Source: Syntrophales bacterium
GTDB taxonomy: Bacteria > Desulfobacterota > Syntrophia > Syntrophales > PHBD01
Direction: 5' to 3'
Length of the DNA stretch: 64,000 nt
Assembly: GCA_963668175.1 (NCBI GenBank)
Contig: OY764159.1
Span: 2,816,001-2,880,000, forward strand
Shown here: positions 60,923-64,000 of the stretch, piece by piece
Layout of the letters: each line of letters opens with the position of its first letter
Position numbering within the stretch: the stretch's first letter is position 1
Made by a program: the position numbers and the translations under genes
The notes under the pieces: generated by a model
Seen by the model: only the letters and a program-made list of their open reading frames with translations
Told to the model about the DNA's origin: nothing
Databases searched by the model: none

Positions 60923-62485
60923 ATGAGTGAAGAAAAGAAAAAGAAAACGGCCTTAACGCGGCGCGATTTCCTGAAAAGGACGGGCGGCGCCGCCGCCGTC
61001 GCGGGCATGGCCACGGGCGGCCTGACCCTGGGCGCCTGGAACGCGGAAGCCGCCGCGCTTCCCAAGAAGTGGCACGAGACGTTCGACGTCGTGATCGTCG
61101 GCAGCGGATTCGCCGGACTGGCCGCCGCCTACGAGGCCAAGAAGGCAGGGGCCTCCGTGGTCGTCCTGGAGAAAATGAGGACGCCCGGCGGCAATTCGAT
61201 CATCAACGGCGGCGTCGTTTCGGCCGCAGGATCGCCGAAGCAGGAAAAGGAAGGCGTCAAGGATTCCCCGGACCTCCTTTACAAGGACATGCTTGCGGCC
61301 GGCCTCGGCCTGAACCACCCGGAACTGGCCAGGATGGTGGCGGACAACTCGACGCCGACGGTCTTGTGGACGATCAGCGAACTCGATGTCAAATACAAGG
61401 ACAAGCTGACGCAGGAAGGCGGCCATTCGGTCCCCCGTATGTACAGCACCTACAACCAGAGCGGTTCGGCCATCGTGACCCAGCAGCTTTTGAAGTTGAA
61501 GGAAATCGGCGTCGTTCCCAGGATGCAGGCCTTCCTGACGAAGATTTACCGCGACGAAAACGGGCGGGTCAAGGGCGTCCAGATCCGCGACGGTTATATG
61601 TTCCCGAAGGCCGACAGCGGCACGCTTAAAAACATCAAGGCCCGCAAGGCCGTCGTCATGGCGTCGGGCGGATTCGGCGCGGATGTTACCTTCCGCACCA
61701 TCCAGGACCCGCGCCTCACGGCCAGCGTCGATACGACCAACCAGCCCGGCGCGACGTCCGAGGGTATGCGCGAAATCCTCCGGATCGGAGCGACGCCCGT
61801 TCAGCTTTCGTGGATCCAGCTCGGCCCCTGGGGCAGCCCGGACGAAAAGGGCATGGGACTGGCGCCCTTCTTTGCGCAGCTCTGCTGCGCCATGTACGGC
61901 CTCTGGGTCGATACGAAGACCGGCAAGCGCTTCGTGAACGAGTTGGCGGACCGGAAAATCCGCGCCGACGCCATCATCAAGGCGGGCAACAAGTGCATCT
62001 GCTTCACCGACGCCAAGGGTTACGCCATAGGCGTCAAGCTGCTCGCGGAAAGCATGCCCAAGCTCATTGAAAGAGGCGTCGTCAAATCCTACAATTCGCT
62101 CGAAGAGATGGCCGCCGCCTACAACTGCCCGATCGAACCCCTGAAGGAGACCATCGCCAGGTTCAACAAGGCCGTGGCTGCCGGCAAGGACGAGGAATGG
62201 GACCGCTACCTTCAGAAGAACCAGATGCCCCTCGACCAGGGCCCCTATTACGCCATGCGCCTGATGCCGAAGGTCCACCACTGCATGGGCGGCGTCAATA
62301 TCAACGCCAGCGCGCAGGTCCTCGATATCGTTAACGACAAGCCCATCCCCGGCCTCTATGCCGCGGGCGAAGTGACGGGCGGCGTCCACGGGGCGGTCCG
62401 TCTGGGCAGTTGCGCCACCCTGGACTGTCTCATTTTCGGCCGCATCGCCGGACAGAATGCCGTCAAGGAAAAGGGCTGGAGCTGA
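60923..62485 (+). CDS. Tat-exported flavocytochrome c flavoprotein subunit (fumarate/urocanate/acrylate reductase family)
   Basis: TRRDFLK Tat signal, VGSGFAG, GGHSVPR, HHCMGG and GEVTGGVHGAVRLGS. Confidence 0.92.
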   Translation: MSEEKKKKTALTRRDFLKRTGGAAAVAGMATGGLTLGAWNAEAAALPKKWHETFDVVIVGSGFAGLAAAYEAKKAGASVVVLEKMRTPGGNSIINGGVVSAAGSPKQEKEGVKDSPDLLYKDMLAAGLGLNHPELARMVADNSTPTVLWTISELDVKYKDKLTQEGGHSVPRMYSTYNQSGSAIVTQQLLKLKEIGVVPRMQAFLTKIYRDENGRVKGVQIRDGYMFPKADSGTLKNIKARKAVVMASGGFGADVTFRTIQDPRLTASVDTTNQPGATSEGMREILRIGATPVQLSWIQLGPWGSPDEKGMGLAPFFAQLCCAMYGLWVDTKTGKRFVNELADRKIRADAIIKAGNKCICFTDAKGYAIGVKLLAESMPKLIERGVVKSYNSLEEMAAAYNCPIEPLKETIARFNKAVAAGKDEEWDRYLQKNQMPLDQGPYYAMRLMPKVHHCMGGVNINASAQVLDIVNDKPIPGLYAAGEVTGGVHGAVRLGSCATLDCLIFGRIAGQNAVKEKGWS

Positions 62486-62575
62486 TTCAAGATAAGGGAT
62501 GACCGGGAGGGGGAGGTTTTCGCAGCTCAACCCTCCCGGTTATGTTATCCCGACACCAGCGATCGGAGACATCAT

Positions 62576-63103
62576 ATGAAAAACCCCTGCAACGGACGAA
62601 AAGTCGGGTTACCGGCCCTGTGGCTCGGATGCCTGTTTCTGATCGTCTTCATGGTTCAGGCGGCGTGGGCGGCACCGAAACTGGCGCCGAAGGCGAAACC
62701 CGGAGACTGTGCGGCCTGTCACGGCAAAGAGAAAGTCCTGCCCGACGGGCACGTCGACACCCGGTCCATGAACTGGGAGGCATGCGCTGCCTGCCATAAG
62801 GACGGAAAAATGGCCCTCGCCGGCAAGATGTCCGGCGGACACCGGCACATGCTCTCCGGCGTCACTTGCGCCCAGTGCCACGGCAAGACCGCCAAACCCA
62901 AAGCCGTCAAGGCGGACAAGTGCGCCGCCTGCCACGGCAGTCCGGAAAAACTGGCCGAAAAGACGGCCAAGGTGAAGCCGGAAAACCCGCATACGTCGCC
63001 GCATTACGGAACAACCCTGGACTGCGGCCTGTGCCATCACCAGCATGCCAAGTCCGAGGACTACTGCGCCCAGTGCCATCAGTTCAAGTTCCGGACGCCC
63101 TGA
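62576..63103 (+). CDS. Periplasmic multiheme cytochrome c (6 CxxCH)
   Basis: Signal peptide; CAACH, CAACH, CAQCH, CAACH, CGLCH and CAQCH. Confidence 0.92.
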   Translation: MKNPCNGRKVGLPALWLGCLFLIVFMVQAAWAAPKLAPKAKPGDCAACHGKEKVLPDGHVDTRSMNWEACAACHKDGKMALAGKMSGGHRHMLSGVTCAQCHGKTAKPKAVKADKCAACHGSPEKLAEKTAKVKPENPHTSPHYGTTLDCGLCHHQHAKSEDYCAQCHQFKFRTP

Positions 63104-63358
63104 AAGCATTATAACGCGCTGCGCGGAGGGACGGTCGAACCGCATTCCTCCGCGCGGCTGCTTTCTCCGGTCCACATTCCCCTCCGGCAACCGAAGTTAA
63201 CCTATCGGATTATTATCCTTTTCCATTTTTGACATTTTCCCTTTCGCCCGCCGCCATATTTTCGGCAAACGCTCGTGCTATCCGCCGGAAAATGTGATAC
63301 AGAAACCGCCTCGACTTGTCCCGTAAATGTCTGACGCGACATATTTCAGGAGGTCAGG

Positions 63359-64000
63359 ATGTTCGGCTTTTTCAGGCCACCGGAATACGACGAAGAAGAA
63401 AAGACCCTGGCCGCGCGGAATCTCTTCCTGATCCTCAGGATACTCCTCCTGACCGGATTGATGCCGCTCATGCTCGCCGTGGCGATCCCGGCGACATTCT
63501 GGCGGTGGGCGACGGCGGTGGCATTCGTGGAAGCGGCCGGCATCGGCCTTTTGTTCCTGAATAAAAAAGGGCGCACAAAGCTTGCAGGCCATCTGACGAT
63601 TGTGACGATCTGGGTCCTGGCGACGGCGCTCGCCCTCACCAACGGCGGCGTACATGCGAACGCCATGATGGTCTATCTCCTGGCGGTTTTCGTGGCGGGA
63701 TTCATCCAGAGCGTTACCGCGGGCATCCTGACGTCCATCGTCTGCATGCTCACGGGGCTTGCGCTCGTTGCCCTCGAATACGCCGGCATGCTCTCGCCGT
63801 ACCGGGTACCCCACAACTCCGTGTCGCTGTGGATCATCAATTGCATGTTCATGGCGGTCACCATCGTCATGCAGGCCATCGTCAGCCGCACGGTCAGGAA
63901 CTCCTTCAGGAAATCCCGCGAAGAACTCAGGGCGCGGCAAACGGCCCTTCTGGCCCTCGCCGAAAGCGAGGAGCGTTTCCGGAGCATTTTCGAGAACGCC
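63359..64000 (+). CDS. Multi-TM membrane sensor protein (PAS/kinase-type), partial
   Basis: Manual translation from RBS AGGAGG gives MFGFFRPPEYDEEEKTLAARNLFLIL..., several TM segments, ending ESEERFRSIFENA (PAS start). Confidence 0.8.
   Translation, partial: MFGFFRPPEYDEEEKTLAARNLFLILRILLLTGLMPLMLAVAIPATFWRWATAVAFVEAAGIGLLFLNKKGRTKLAGHLTIVTIWVLATALALTNGGVHANAMMVYLLAVFVAGFIQSVTAGILTSIVCMLTGLALVALEYAGMLSPYRVPHNSVSLWIINCMFMAVTIVMQAIVSRTVRNSFRKSREELRARQTALLALAESEERFRSIFENA

Noticed and set aside
1..64000. tRNA or rRNA genes
   Set aside because: No cloverleaf or rRNA signature recognised by eye; tRNAscan-SE/Infernal were not run.

Overview
GC-rich chromosomal segment of an anaerobic bacterium. 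The gene set (iorAB, apgM, hom, DUF362, PEP-CTERM proteins, flavocytochrome c) suggests a Desulfobacterota/Syntrophales-like host; this is inference. Core genes run + on the left (dtd, guaB, dnaE) and mostly - on the right (dnaJ-like, iorAB, hom, sppA, rpsA, cmk). They converge on a 28-bp dif-like site at 15372-15399, where KOPS-like octamers switch strand, so the window probably spans the replication terminus. About 13 kb of accessory genes lie between cmk and rpsA, with duplicated gene fragments as scars. The most notable item is inside that region: an unannotated short peptide ORF (42704-42832, -) ending C-Y-S-UGA-K-K-UGA-K-G-K, followed by an fdhF-type SECIS-like hairpin and overlapping a radical SAM/SPASM gene. 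It is a candidate selenocysteine-containing RiPP system. A second highlight is a MITE-like element whose two copies differ by precise ~18-bp 'tetranucleotide + hairpin' micro-insertions. All calls are from reading motifs by eye; no database searches were run.
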